Positions 8,246 to 17,359 of a stretch of DNA of 64,000 nt are shown in pieces. The stretch's first letter is position 1; the number at the start of each line of letters is the position of its first letter. The position numbers and the translations under genes were made by a program. Origin of the DNA: an uncultured Erysipelotrichaceae bacterium (GTDB taxonomy: Bacteria > Bacillota_I > Bacilli_A > Erysipelotrichales > Erysipelotrichaceae); contig CALVGN010000040.1 in assembly GCA_944327105.1 (NCBI GenBank), positions 4,247 through 68,246 on the forward strand. Reading direction: 5' to 3'. Under the pieces are notes generated by a model, which saw nothing but the letters and a program-made list of their open reading frames with translations, did no database searches and had not been told where the DNA came from.

Positions 8246-9070
8246 CTACTCCTTGGTGTTATTTTCATTCATTTCGATTTTATCATAATCATTTGGATTT
8301 TCAGATGGCTTGTCCTTGGTCAAACCTTCATGGTCATGACCATGTAATGCCTTGAAACGAAACCGGTTGATCCAATTTCGATCCAGCTTGAGGATCCCAT
8401 AGTTGATCAAACAGACGATCCCCGCTCCGATGGTATCCACCACAAGATCTTCCATGGTATCCGCCAATGCCGCACGACCGATGAACATCGTTCCATCCTG
8501 ATCCATGAATTTTTGCATGTTCATGCCCCATAATCCGTCAAATGTAAATTCATAGATCTCCCATAATACGCCGCACATCAGTGCAAACGTAAATGCAAAC
8601 AAACACATGAATGCCGGTGAAAGTTGCAAGGGGACGTTTTTATTGGCGTTGAGCAAAAAGATGACGCTGTAGCCGAATAATCCCAGCATCGCAGCGGAAA
8701 AGCCGTGCAAGATCATATCCCAATAGGGAATATCATAATAAAACGAACGGACTTCCCCAAGAAAAATGGCACAGTATAAAAAGATCAGATACATGATCAC
8801 CAGATAACTGGGAATATCCATATTGAAGCGCCGCTCGAAAAGATCTGGCAAGAACATGACCACAATGCCTAATAGGGATTGAGCGAACATGAGGATGTAG
8901 TGACTTTTCAAATGCGTATACTGACCGCTGATATAACTGGGATCATCGATGGATGATGGTGATACCACCAGCAAATAGCCCAAAATCACAATGGATATGG
9001 CAAAGGTCAGAAACAGGATGGACCGCAGGGTGTTTTCCAGACGGTTTCCGGATTGTTTCATGCGTATCAC
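8246..9070 (-). CDS. polytopic membrane protein (possibly YjdF/DUF2238-like)
   Basis: 274-aa ORF with about 6 predicted TM helices and the motifs WEIYEF...DTMEDLVVDTIGA. The family assignment is tentative. Confidence 0.55.
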   Translation of the reverse strand: MIRMKQSGNRLENTLRSILFLTFAISIVILGYLLVVSPSSIDDPSYISGQYTHLKSHYILMFAQSLLGIVVMFLPDLFERRFNMDIPSYLVIMYLIFLYCAIFLGEVRSFYYDIPYWDMILHGFSAAMLGLFGYSVIFLLNANKNVPLQLSPAFMCLFAFTFALMCGVLWEIYEFTFDGLWGMNMQKFMDQDGTMFIGRAALADTMEDLVVDTIGAGIVCLINYGILKLDRNWINRFRFKALHGHDHEGLTKDKPSENPNDYDKIEMNENNTKE

Positions 9071-9149
9071 ACCAATACCTCCGTTTCATTTCAATGGCAC
9101 TACTTTATCAAAAAGCATCGGGTCACTCAACCGATGCGTTTGGTTCAAT

Positions 9150-10130
9150 TTAAAACGAGAACAATGCGACGCTGACACCCATCAGCATGCAAACGATGGC
9201 AAAAAACCAAAACAAATAGACTGTGGTGGTTTCTTTCCATCCATTTTTGGTAAACGCATAATGGATCGGTGTATAAATAAATAAGCGTTTATGGAAATGT
9301 TTGACCCAATAGATCTGCAGCATGCAACAGATGGTTTCAACCACAAATACGCCGCCGATGATCACATAAGCCACTTCTTCTTTCAATAACATCGCAATGG
9401 CAGCAAATATACCGCCTAAAGCCAATGAACCGGTATCTCCCATGAAGATCTTGGCCGGATGCATGTTGAATACCAGATAGCCCAACAAAGCACCGATCAA
9501 TACAAACAAAAAGAAGAGCAACGATGGATCGGCTTGTTTGACATAGGCGATAATGGCAAAACCAAAGGCAGCGATGACACTGCATCCCGCTGCCAGACCA
9601 TCCATGCCATCCGTAAGATTGACAGCATTGGAACTGCCGACAAAAACAAAGATCATAAACGGGATATATAGCAGTTTAAGATCGATGGAGAACGTGAACA
9701 GGTACAGTTTGGTATCGATATGCAGGTACATAGAACAGACCAATATGGTAGCAAAGGCTACCTGCATGGCCAGTTTGGCCCGTGGACTCAATCCGGCATT
9801 GTTATGGGTCATCACGATCAGATAATCATCCACGAATCCGATAGCACCATATAAAAGCAGCGTAACGATCAATAACATGGTTGAACCAAGGCATTGATGG
9901 ATCAGGGAATATATCAAAATAACGATGGCTGAAACCACCACAAAGATGAATCCTCCGAATGTGGGTGTTTTCGCTTTTTGTTGGAATTGTGCCAAGGCAT
10001 ATTCACTGACCTGTTGATTGGCATCTTTGGTTTTTAAAAATCGGATCCATAATGGCATGATCACCACGACGGCAACAAAACCGATCAATGCCGGCAACCA
10101 TGCCATGGACAGAAAGGACAGACTATTCAT
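9150..10130 (-). CDS. mraY: phospho-N-acetylmuramoyl-pentapeptide transferase
   Basis: Contains NLTDGMDGLAAG and the MraY TM pattern. I chose the start at 10130 (MNSLSF) because it has GGAG 9 nt upstream. This start overlaps the PBP stop (ATGAATAG). The ORF track extends the ORF to 10199. Confidence 0.9.
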   Translation of the reverse strand: MNSLSFLSMAWLPALIGFVAVVVIMPLWIRFLKTKDANQQVSEYALAQFQQKAKTPTFGGFIFVVVSAIVILIYSLIHQCLGSTMLLIVTLLLYGAIGFVDDYLIVMTHNNAGLSPRAKLAMQVAFATILVCSMYLHIDTKLYLFTFSIDLKLLYIPFMIFVFVGSSNAVNLTDGMDGLAAGCSVIAAFGFAIIAYVKQADPSLLFFLFVLIGALLGYLVFNMHPAKIFMGDTGSLALGGIFAAIAMLLKEEVAYVIIGGVFVVETICCMLQIYWVKHFHKRLFIYTPIHYAFTKNGWKETTTVYLFWFFAIVCMLMGVSVALFSF

Positions 10131-12366
10131 TCGTATTTTCTCCAGACCCGAACGTGACTTCGAGTTCGCTTTCTTTACTAACCGGCGTTCCGGGTGCAAT
10201 GGATTGACTGGTCACCGGGCCGAGCCCGTCCATTTTAACACTGATTCCGCTCACTTCCCAGAAACTTGTCACATCCTTACGGCTCCATCCACTCATATCC
10301 GGCATGGTAAAACCAGCAGTATCCGTGAGTAAAAAGACTTTGGTGGTGGTCAACACATTGCTACCGGCAGATGGATATTGATCGATCACGGTATTACCAT
10401 CCCCTAATACGACGATGGATGCGCCGGTATTTTCAAATGCGGCATCGACGTAAGAGAGGGAATGATTGATGCATTCGGGCATGGTATACATGGATACTGT
10501 GGTGGTATTGCCAGTATCGATGATGGTTTGATCATCTTCGTCATTGGTTTGTGATTGATCCGGATCTTCGATGATGTTGTAATACATGGCCACTTTACGA
10601 AGCAATGTGGTCACGGCATCCGTTTTGTAATGTGCATCGGAATCATATGGTCCTTCAAAAGCATAGTAGAGCATATATTGTGGATCTTCGGCCGGAAACG
10701 CCAACATCACGGAGTTGATGGTATACCCACTTTCATATGACCCATCCACGATGACCTGGGTGGTACCCGTCTTTCCAGAAACGGAACATTCTGGAATGGC
10801 GTAGTATTTGGCCGTACCCAAATCATCCGTGACGACTCGGGTCAATAATTGTTGCATCTGCAATGCCGTACTTTCTTTGATCGGCTGTCCGGTAATGATG
10901 GGTGTGGCCTGATAAAGCACATTTTGGGAATCATAACTGTCAGCGATGCGATCGATGACATAGGGCAGTTTCATGGTCCCATCCGTAAAAATAGCACTAT
11001 ATGCCTGTAACAATTGCAATGTGGTATACGTTGAACCTTGACCATAAGTATTGGTGATCTTATCCGTCGACCAATTATAGACCTTGATGCCGCTGGCTTC
11101 GTTAAAGCCAAGGGCACCCGTTGGCTTAAAGAAGCCAAAGGCATCCAGGTATTGTTCAAAGGTTTCCGGACTCATCACATCCGTGATCAACGATGCCGCC
11201 ACCGTATTGGCTGAAAGGATCAAACCATAATCATATTCGATCCATCCGTATTCCTTCCATCTTGAGTTAGTGATCCGATTTCCCGAATTGAAATTGACCC
11301 GTACCGGATTGCCGGCGGCATCGGCCAGATAGTAAAAATCATTGGAATTGACCAATTCCGTACCATCGTAGTTACCGGTATCCATAGCAGCCGCCCAGGT
11401 GATGGATTTGATGGTCGAACCCGCCTCATAGGCCAGTTGGGAACCATAGTCATTGTATTCACTGATATCCAACAAGTTGGGATCAAAACTGGGGGATTGT
11501 CCCCATCCGACGATCCGACCGGTGTCCGCTTCCATCACAGCACCCCATACTCTGGATACCTCAAAGTCTTCCATGGTCTGTTCAAAGGCTTCTTCCAATG
11601 CTTCCTGCACGGTTTTTTCCAACGTCAACGTGACATTGTAGCCATTAACGGCAGGTTCTTCTTCCACCATCATACCTGGTAAAATAAACCCATTTCGATC
11701 AGATTGGTAACTGGTCGAACCATCGATGCCTTTCAAATATTCATCCAAATAATATTCCAATCCCATCCTTCCGACTGTGGATCCGGTTTCATCGGATTGT
11801 GCAAACCCGATCAGATTGGAAGCAAAGGTGCCCAACGGGTAACTTCGGGTGATGGAATCCGTGAATTCGATGCCCGGTAAATTGAAGGAATCGATCAGAT
11901 CTCGCGTCTCTTTGGAAAGATTTCGCCCTTTTGCACCCAATTCGGTCTGATAGACATCCTGAGTCAGATATGTCAGTATCTCCGCTTCGCTCATGCCCAA
12001 AACCGGCGCCAGCATGGCAGCGGTATTGGCTTTATCTGCAACATAAGCCACCGTGCCTTCGGTGGATGGACGATCGGGGTCGAGGATGCAGACGATATTG
12101 TAAGTACGGATATCCTGGGCTATGATCTCACCATTGTAATCATAAATATATCCACGAGTGGCTTTTAGCGTGGTGGTTTGGATATTGGCACTTTGGGAAT
12201 ATGGACCCAGATTTCTGCCAGATAGGATATGGATTTTTAAAATGGAAACAACAAAAACATTGAGACTGAGTAGCGTCATGATGGAAACCATCACGATGGC
12301 GATCTGTTTCAATGTTTGATTGGGATCTTGGTTTTGTTTGATTTTTTTTCGTCTTGAAAATGCCAT
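10123..12366 (-). CDS. class B penicillin-binding protein (FtsI/PBP2B-like) with C-terminal PASTA domains
   Basis: 747-aa ORF with an N-terminal TM, SxxK (AGSTIKS), KTG (SGKTGTT) and two PASTA-like repeats at the C-terminus. It occupies the dcw-cluster position. Confidence 0.88.
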   Translation of the reverse strand: MAFSRRKKIKQNQDPNQTLKQIAIVMVSIMTLLSLNVFVVSILKIHILSGRNLGPYSQSANIQTTTLKATRGYIYDYNGEIIAQDIRTYNIVCILDPDRPSTEGTVAYVADKANTAAMLAPVLGMSEAEILTYLTQDVYQTELGAKGRNLSKETRDLIDSFNLPGIEFTDSITRSYPLGTFASNLIGFAQSDETGSTVGRMGLEYYLDEYLKGIDGSTSYQSDRNGFILPGMMVEEEPAVNGYNVTLTLEKTVQEALEEAFEQTMEDFEVSRVWGAVMEADTGRIVGWGQSPSFDPNLLDISEYNDYGSQLAYEAGSTIKSITWAAAMDTGNYDGTELVNSNDFYYLADAAGNPVRVNFNSGNRITNSRWKEYGWIEYDYGLILSANTVAASLITDVMSPETFEQYLDAFGFFKPTGALGFNEASGIKVYNWSTDKITNTYGQGSTYTTLQLLQAYSAIFTDGTMKLPYVIDRIADSYDSQNVLYQATPIITGQPIKESTALQMQQLLTRVVTDDLGTAKYYAIPECSVSGKTGTTQVIVDGSYESGYTINSVMLAFPAEDPQYMLYYAFEGPYDSDAHYKTDAVTTLLRKVAMYYNIIEDPDQSQTNDEDDQTIIDTGNTTTVSMYTMPECINHSLSYVDAAFENTGASIVVLGDGNTVIDQYPSAGSNVLTTTKVFLLTDTAGFTMPDMSGWSRKDVTSFWEVSGISVKMDGLGPVTSQSIAPGTPVSKESELEVTFGSGENTNE

Positions 12367-12372
12367 AGGCGT

Positions 12373-12699
12373 CTATTGGCCGTCAACCGTTACGATATTG
12401 TTTTGATTGACTTCCAGGCCGGCGTCGGATGCGATATTGGTCACGCGTTCACGGGAGTTCAGTGATTGGATTTCAACACGGATCGCATCATTTTCGACCT
12501 GTAACGCGCTTATTTTACTCGCAATCTGCTGTTGCTGCATACTTAAATTGATGTTATAGCTGCGTAAAAACAATGTGGAAAATAACCAGACCGCGATTGC
12601 AAATGCCGTAAAGATAAAAACGCCCTTGTAAACCAATGGAAATGACATGGTTTTCTTACGGGTCTTGCTTTTGGGCATGGTAACGGCGATCTGTGTCAT
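12373..12699 (-). CDS. ftsL: cell division protein FtsL
   Basis: 108 aa counted from the ATG at 12699, which has AAGGAG 7 nt upstream. It has a single TM plus a coiled coil, and lies between rsmH and the PBP. Confidence 0.75.
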   Translation of the reverse strand: MTQIAVTMPKSKTRKKTMSFPLVYKGVFIFTAFAIAVWLFSTLFLRSYNINLSMQQQQIASKISALQVENDAIRVEIQSLNSRERVTNIASDAGLEVNQNNIVTVDGQ

Positions 12700-12740
12700 G
12701 GTGTTCTCCTTCAATATCTGATATATGGAATCAATATGAT

Positions 12741-13673
12741 TCAATTGCGCTCAACAGCTCTGCATTTGGCAGAGTGGGAACGGTGGTTTTCATCCAGCTC
12801 TTTGCTTGAGGCTTGCAGTGGATGTTTGGTCAATAAAGTAAATGATGGTTTGGGCAGTTTTTCCTGTGGGATCGGCATGCGCTTGAGCATCGGATCGATC
12901 GCACACCACTTCGCAAATGTTTTTTTGACGATACGATCTTCCAGGGAATGAAAAGTAATGAATACGATGCGACCGTGTGGTTTGATCAAATCGGGAAGCT
13001 CGTTCAATACAGTGGTCAAACCATGCAATTCGTTGTTGACTTCGATGCGAAGTGCCTGGAAGATTTGTTTGGCCGGATGTCCTTTCTTATTGAGCTCTTT
13101 TGCAGGCAATGCTTTTTTGATGATGTCGACCAGCTCAAATGTGGTTTCGATCGGCTTTTGTGTCCGTGCCTTTTCAATGGCTTTGGCAATACGGAATGCA
13201 TGCGGATGTTCACCATATTCCCGAAACAATCGGGTCAATTCGTCCACGGAATACGTGTTGACGACCACCGCCCCATCTAACGGTTGGTTTTGATCCATGC
13301 GCATATCCAATGGGGCATCATAGCGATAGCTGAAACCACGCAACGGATCATCAAACTGCGGACTGGAAACCCCGAGATCTGCCAATACTCCATCGACAGC
13401 AGAAACACCGTACTGATCCAACCACTGAGAAAGCGACGCATAGTCATCTCGGATCAATGTGATCCGCGGATCGTTTGCAAAGCGATCGCGGCAATAGTCG
13501 ATCGCGGCTTGATCTTTGTCAAAGCTGTACAGATGACCATTGTCAAGGCGATCCAAAATCGCAGCTGAATGCCCGCCTCTTCCAAGCGTAAGATCCACAT
13601 AGATCCCGTTTGGCTTGACATCAAGCAGATCAATGGATTGAAAAAGCATCACTGAGTAATGCAACGTACTCAT
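12741..13673 (-). CDS. rsmH: 16S rRNA (cytosine1402-N4)-methyltransferase
   Basis: 310-aa ORF with a MraW signature (HYSVMLFQSIDLL...DLTLGRGGHS) and the mraZ-rsmH order. Confidence 0.92.
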   Translation of the reverse strand: MSTLHYSVMLFQSIDLLDVKPNGIYVDLTLGRGGHSAAILDRLDNGHLYSFDKDQAAIDYCRDRFANDPRITLIRDDYASLSQWLDQYGVSAVDGVLADLGVSSPQFDDPLRGFSYRYDAPLDMRMDQNQPLDGAVVVNTYSVDELTRLFREYGEHPHAFRIAKAIEKARTQKPIETTFELVDIIKKALPAKELNKKGHPAKQIFQALRIEVNNELHGLTTVLNELPDLIKPHGRIVFITFHSLEDRIVKKTFAKWCAIDPMLKRMPIPQEKLPKPSFTLLTKHPLQASSKELDENHRSHSAKCRAVERN

Positions 13674-14104
13674 GGCAAAAGATACTCCGTGACAGTTTCT
13701 GCGACTTCATCGAACTCTTCCTGAGCCTTGGCATCATAGTTGGTCCAGGTATCAGCATCCCATATTTCGATACGGTCACCGACACCGACCACCATGACAT
13801 CTTTAGTCAAATTGGCTTCTTTGGTCAGATACGCCGGTAACTGGATGCGACCCTGGCTGTCAAAAGAACATTCACAGGCTTTACTGGTCAATGCACGCAC
13901 ATACGTGCGCGCCTGCTTATTGGTGGAGGGCAATGTGACCAGTTTGGCCAGGATTGCATTCCATTTATCCATGGTGTAGCCACTTAAGCAGCCATCCAAT
14001 CCCTTGGTGATCACCACGGTATCACCGAGCTGATCACGGAATTTGGCTGGTAGGGCCATTCGATTTTTTGCATCCAGCTTATGATTGAACTCACCGATGA
14101 ACAT
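13670..14104 (-). CDS. mraZ: transcriptional regulator MraZ
   Basis: MFIGEFNHKLDAKNRMALPAKFR with two SpoVT/AbrB-like repeats. The ATG at 14104 has GGGGA upstream. The ORF track's GTG extension to 14125 is rejected. Confidence 0.9.
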   Translation of the reverse strand: MFIGEFNHKLDAKNRMALPAKFRDQLGDTVVITKGLDGCLSGYTMDKWNAILAKLVTLPSTNKQARTYVRALTSKACECSFDSQGRIQLPAYLTKEANLTKDVMVVGVGDRIEIWDADTWTNYDAKAQEEFDEVAETVTEYLLP

Positions 14105-14109
14105 CGAAT

Positions 14110-14148
14110 CCCCACTTTCCACCACTTTATGACATAAATCACCACAGG
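14110..14148 (-). promoter_or_regulatory. candidate MraZ operator (direct GTGG repeats)
   Basis: The minus strand reads cctGTGGTgatttatgtcatAAAGTGGTGGAAAGTGGGGA immediately upstream of the mraZ ATG. Two AAAGTGG boxes are spaced 10 nt apart, and a third GTGGT lies upstream. Confidence 0.4.
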
Positions 14149-14223
14149 TGATACCATTATTGACTTAATTTTGATGGTTTTCAACCCAAAATCAAACAAT
14201 TTCATCAAAAACTGGGTCAAACC

Positions 14224-14259
14224 ATAAAAAAATGGTGTTTTCAAAACTGAAAACACCAT
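14224..14259 (-). terminator. rho-independent terminator (second of a tandem pair)
   Basis: 11-bp stem atggtgttttc/gaaaacaccat, followed on the minus strand by TTTTTTT. Confidence 0.7.
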
Positions 14260-14278
14260 CGATATTCATGGTCTGACC

Positions 14279-14310
14279 AAAATAAAAGTCTTTCGACTGA
14301 TCGAAAGACT
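14279..14310 (-). terminator. rho-independent terminator of rpmF
   Basis: 10-bp stem agtctttcga/tcgaaagact with loop ctga, followed on the minus strand by ttttatt. Confidence 0.8.
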
Positions 14311-14312
14311 GT

Positions 14313-14462
14313 TTATTTACTTCCACAATTGGTACATGCGTGATGCGGCAGTTTGTATTCTCCGCATGTCGGACATTTCACCAAAGTTGGCGCAGTCAAC
14401 TTGAAATGGGTTCTACGCTTTGCAGTACGTGATTTGGAATTTCTTCTCTGCTGAACAGCCAT
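14313..14462 (-). CDS. rpmF: 50S ribosomal protein L32
   Basis: Translates to [49 protein letters not shown] (49 aa), with a CxxC...CxxC zinc ribbon. GGAGG lies upstream. It is not in the ORF track because it is under 60 aa. Confidence 0.9.
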   Translation of the reverse strand: MAVQQRRNSKSRTAKRRTHFKLTAPTLVKCPTCGEYKLPHHACTNCGSK

Positions 14463-14484
14463 GCTACACCTCCGTCCTTATCGC

Positions 14485-15009
14485 TTATTCATCCTCAAAC
14501 TTGAAATCTTTCAGTTTGGCCAGTCGTGGATCAATCGTTTGATCTTTGGTCGCTTCATACTCACTTTCGGGTACGATGCGCCAACCGACCCCACTAGGAT
14601 ACTTGATTTCACCCGGTTTGACAACACTTAATGGTACTTCCAGTAAAATTCTTTCCAAGGTATACACGGTCAAATCAAATACATCATTATCCACTACCAA
14701 TACTCGTTGATCATCCACTGCATCAAATGAGATCAGTTCTTCATCACTGGTGGATAATGGTACGTCCACATCATCATTGGTAATGGCACATGGACAGACC
14801 ATGGTTGCCGTAAGCGTCCAACTGAATTCAAAATACGTAGAACCGTGTAATGGAACGATCGTTCCGGTTATATGCGCATCTTTGATATCACGCAATCGAG
14901 AATGATTTAAAAAACGTTCGGGTTCAAATGAAATGGCTTCATCCACTTCATAGGGTTTTCCTTCCAATGATTCCAACTCTTTGCGCGTGATCAAAATATT
15001 CTTATCCAT
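14485..15009 (-). CDS. yceD: DUF177 protein YceD/YlbN
   Basis: 174 aa counted from the ATG at 15009 (MDKNILITRKEL). It lies directly upstream of rpmF, as in many bacteria, and the size matches the family. The ORF-track start at 15087 would overlap tmcAL. Confidence 0.8.
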   Translation of the reverse strand: MDKNILITRKELESLEGKPYEVDEAISFEPERFLNHSRLRDIKDAHITGTIVPLHGSTYFEFSWTLTATMVCPCAITNDDVDVPLSTSDEELISFDAVDDQRVLVVDNDVFDLTVYTLERILLEVPLSVVKPGEIKYPSGVGWRIVPESEYEATKDQTIDPRLAKLKDFKFEDE

Positions 15010-15015
15010 AGCTCT

Positions 15016-15035
15016 ATTATATCTGTTGATATAAT
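15016..15035. promoter_or_regulatory. back-to-back -10 boxes for divergent yceD and tmcAL
   Basis: The plus strand has TGaTATAAT at 15027-15035, 8 nt before the tmcAL ATG at 15044. The minus strand has TATAAT at 15021-15016, 6 nt before the yceD ATG at 15009. No SD fits for tmcAL, and only a weak purine-rich stretch precedes yceD. Confidence 0.45.
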
Positions 15036-15043
15036 CATTGTGC

Positions 15044-16141
15044 ATGAAATGTTTGGGATTAGTCACGGAATACAATCCATTCCACAATGGTCATCTGCAT
15101 CATCTCAGAGAAGCCAAAAGGATCTGTGATGGTTTGACCATTGCCGTAATGAGCGGCAACTTTGTCCAGCGGGGTGAAGTCGCTATTGTCAATAAATATG
15201 AGCGAGCCCAAGTTGCCGTTATGGCTGGGGTGGACTTAGTGGTGGAATTGCCGATGGTCTATACCATCCAGCAAGCAAGCGTATTTGCCAGTCAAGCCAT
15301 TAAGATACTGGCATATTGTGGGATCAGTGATCTTGTTTTTGGCAGTGAATGCAATGATATTGCATTATTGAATCAGGTGGCCAAACTCCCTTTAAATGTG
15401 GATCACTTCAAAGAAGTAATGGCCAATGGCGATAGTTATATCCGGGCATTGAATCCATTCAGTGATGGATTTGCCAGCAATGATATCCTTGCGATCGCCT
15501 ATTTGAAAGCATTGAACGATTATCCACAGATCCAAGCCCATTGCATTCAACGCATCGGTGGATATCATGATTTATCCTTAACTGAAATGGCCAGTGCAAA
15601 AGCCATCCGCAATGCATGGTTCAACCATCGATCCATTACATCTTTTACACCCTTGGCAAATGCCATTGCAGACTATGGTCCCAACCAATGGGCCGATTAT
15701 TATCCCTTGTTGCGCCACATCTTGCTCACCGCTTCATTGTCCACTTTGCGTCATATTTTTATGGTCAGCGAAGGGATTGAGATGCATCTGATCAAATGTG
15801 CCAAAGCGTGTCATCACTTTGATGATTTTATTCACATGGCGACCACTAAACGCTATACGACTTCCAGGATCCAGCGGACGTGTTTATTTATTTTGATGAA
15901 CATCAGTAAAAAGGATATGGCTGAATTGGAAAAGGATGTGATCATCCATCCGTTGGCATTCAATCAAAAAGGAGCTGATCATCTCAAATGGCTCAAAGCC
16001 AATGGTAAGACCATCGTATCCCGGATCAACCAATTCCCGTCGCATCAAAAAGATATCTATATCAAAAGCGAACAGGTATATTACGAATTGCATGATGACA
16101 ACATGCTCAAGCATCAAAGTGCACGATTCGTTCGTTCCTAA
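15044..16141 (+). CDS. tmcAL: tRNA(Met) cytidine acetate ligase (YlbM/UPF0348)
   Basis: The N-terminus MKCLGLVTEYNPFHNGHLHHL is a nucleotidyltransferase HxGH signature matching B. subtilis YlbM. The ylbM-ylbN-rpmF neighbourhood is conserved. Confidence 0.85.
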   Translation: MKCLGLVTEYNPFHNGHLHHLREAKRICDGLTIAVMSGNFVQRGEVAIVNKYERAQVAVMAGVDLVVELPMVYTIQQASVFASQAIKILAYCGISDLVFGSECNDIALLNQVAKLPLNVDHFKEVMANGDSYIRALNPFSDGFASNDILAIAYLKALNDYPQIQAHCIQRIGGYHDLSLTEMASAKAIRNAWFNHRSITSFTPLANAIADYGPNQWADYYPLLRHILLTASLSTLRHIFMVSEGIEMHLIKCAKACHHFDDFIHMATTKRYTTSRIQRTCLFILMNISKKDMAELEKDVIIHPLAFNQKGADHLKWLKANGKTIVSRINQFPSHQKDIYIKSEQVYYELHDDNMLKHQSARFVRS

Positions 16142-16179
16142 AAACGGTGCAAGCGTTCAGTAACACGCTTGCACCGTTT
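16142..16179. terminator. bidirectional terminator
   Basis: 14-bp stem aaacggtgcaagcg/cgcttgcaccgttt between the convergent tmcAL and tagD genes. Confidence 0.75.
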
Positions 16180-16184
16180 CATAC

Positions 16185-16571
16185 TTATTGATCATGCAGA
16201 TCCTGTTTGATCTGGGTGGTTGAAATGTTTTCCGTTCGTGGCAGATAGACGATCTCTACATTTTTGAGATGATCAAATTTACCCTTCCAGTCATCCCCCA
16301 TCACAAACACATCGATATCATGGGTATCGATATCTGCTTGTTTCTGATCCCAGTTATTTTCCGGAATGACTTCATCCACATAGCGGATGGCTTCCACCAT
16401 CTCCTTGCGCACCGCATAAGGATAAAATGCCTGTTTGCCTTTGACGGCATTGAATTCATCGGTACTGATGGCTACGATCAGATAATCACCGAGCGCTTTG
16501 GCACGTTTTAATAGCCGGATATGGCCAAGATGGAGCAGATCATAGGTTCCATAAGTGATAACTTTTTTCAT
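16185..16571 (-). CDS. tagD: glycerol-3-phosphate cytidylyltransferase
   Basis: 128-aa ORF beginning [33 protein letters not shown]. Confidence 0.88.
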   Translation of the reverse strand: MKKVITYGTYDLLHLGHIRLLKRAKALGDYLIVAISTDEFNAVKGKQAFYPYAVRKEMVEAIRYVDEVIPENNWDQKQADIDTHDIDVFVMGDDWKGKFDHLKNVEIVYLPRTENISTTQIKQDLHDQ

Positions 16572-17356
16572 AGGGATTCTCCAGGTCGGATCTGGATGCG
16601 TTCAATGGCGATGGCACGATGGGTCGTATCATCGGTGGTGATGACCACACCACAGACCATCGCTTCGGCTTCCGAGACACGATAACGCAAACTGACATTT
16701 TCTTTCATCATGATGATACATTGTTTGATTTCCCTACCAAGCACAGATTGATATGGTCCAACCATTCCGGCATCACTGATGAAAGCACATCCTTCATCCA
16801 CCATTTCATCAGCCGTCTGTACATGAGTGTGGGTACCGACAACAGCGATGCAATTTTGTTTATAGCATTCAAAGAAAGCACGCTTTTCTGCCGTGGTTTC
16901 ACCATGGAAATCCACAAACACCATATCTTCGGATGAAATTGTTGAAAGAAACTGATCCATTAATTCAAATGGTGAGACCACAGGCTCCGGTGACATAAAC
17001 GATTTGCCCAATACATTGACTACATGCAGTTTCACTCCATCAAACCCATACGTGCGTATGCCCTGGTGTGCAGGAGTGAGCGGATGATTATTGGGATATG
17101 CAAGATCTGCACACTCATCCAGATGATCCAGGATCTCCCGTTTGCTGAATGCGTGATTGCCCAGCGTGATACAGTCCACACCATACGTTTTAAAAGCATT
17201 GTAAATGCGCATGGTGATGCCTTTGCCATGGGCGCTATTTTCACCATTGACTATGACAAAATCGATTTGATATTCCTGCTTGAGCAGTGGCAGATACTTT
17301 GAAAGAGCGGCTCTGCCGCTCTTTCCGACTACATCTGCAAGAAACAGAATTTTCAT
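16568..17356 (-). CDS. ymdB: YmdB-family metallophosphoesterase (2',3'-cyclic-nucleotide phosphodiesterase)
   Basis: 262-aa ORF with [15 protein letters not shown] and GENSAHGKG. It lies immediately downstream of rny, as in B. subtilis. Confidence 0.88.
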   Translation of the reverse strand: MKILFLADVVGKSGRAALSKYLPLLKQEYQIDFVIVNGENSAHGKGITMRIYNAFKTYGVDCITLGNHAFSKREILDHLDECADLAYPNNHPLTPAHQGIRTYGFDGVKLHVVNVLGKSFMSPEPVVSPFELMDQFLSTISSEDMVFVDFHGETTAEKRAFFECYKQNCIAVVGTHTHVQTADEMVDEGCAFISDAGMVGPYQSVLGREIKQCIIMMKENVSLRYRVSEAEAMVCGVVITTDDTTHRAIAIERIQIRPGESL

Positions 17357-17359
17357 GAA

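Noticed and set aside
10131-10199. N-terminal extensions in the ORF track: mraY to 10199, mraZ to 14125, yceD to 15087, gmk to 28284, ABC ATPase from 24690, lipoprotein from 58468, beta-galactosidase to 63346, and sufD to 56595.
   Set aside because: The extensions overlap upstream genes or RNA structures and add residues not seen in the families. In most cases internal ATGs with SD sequences, or family-typical N-termini, are available.
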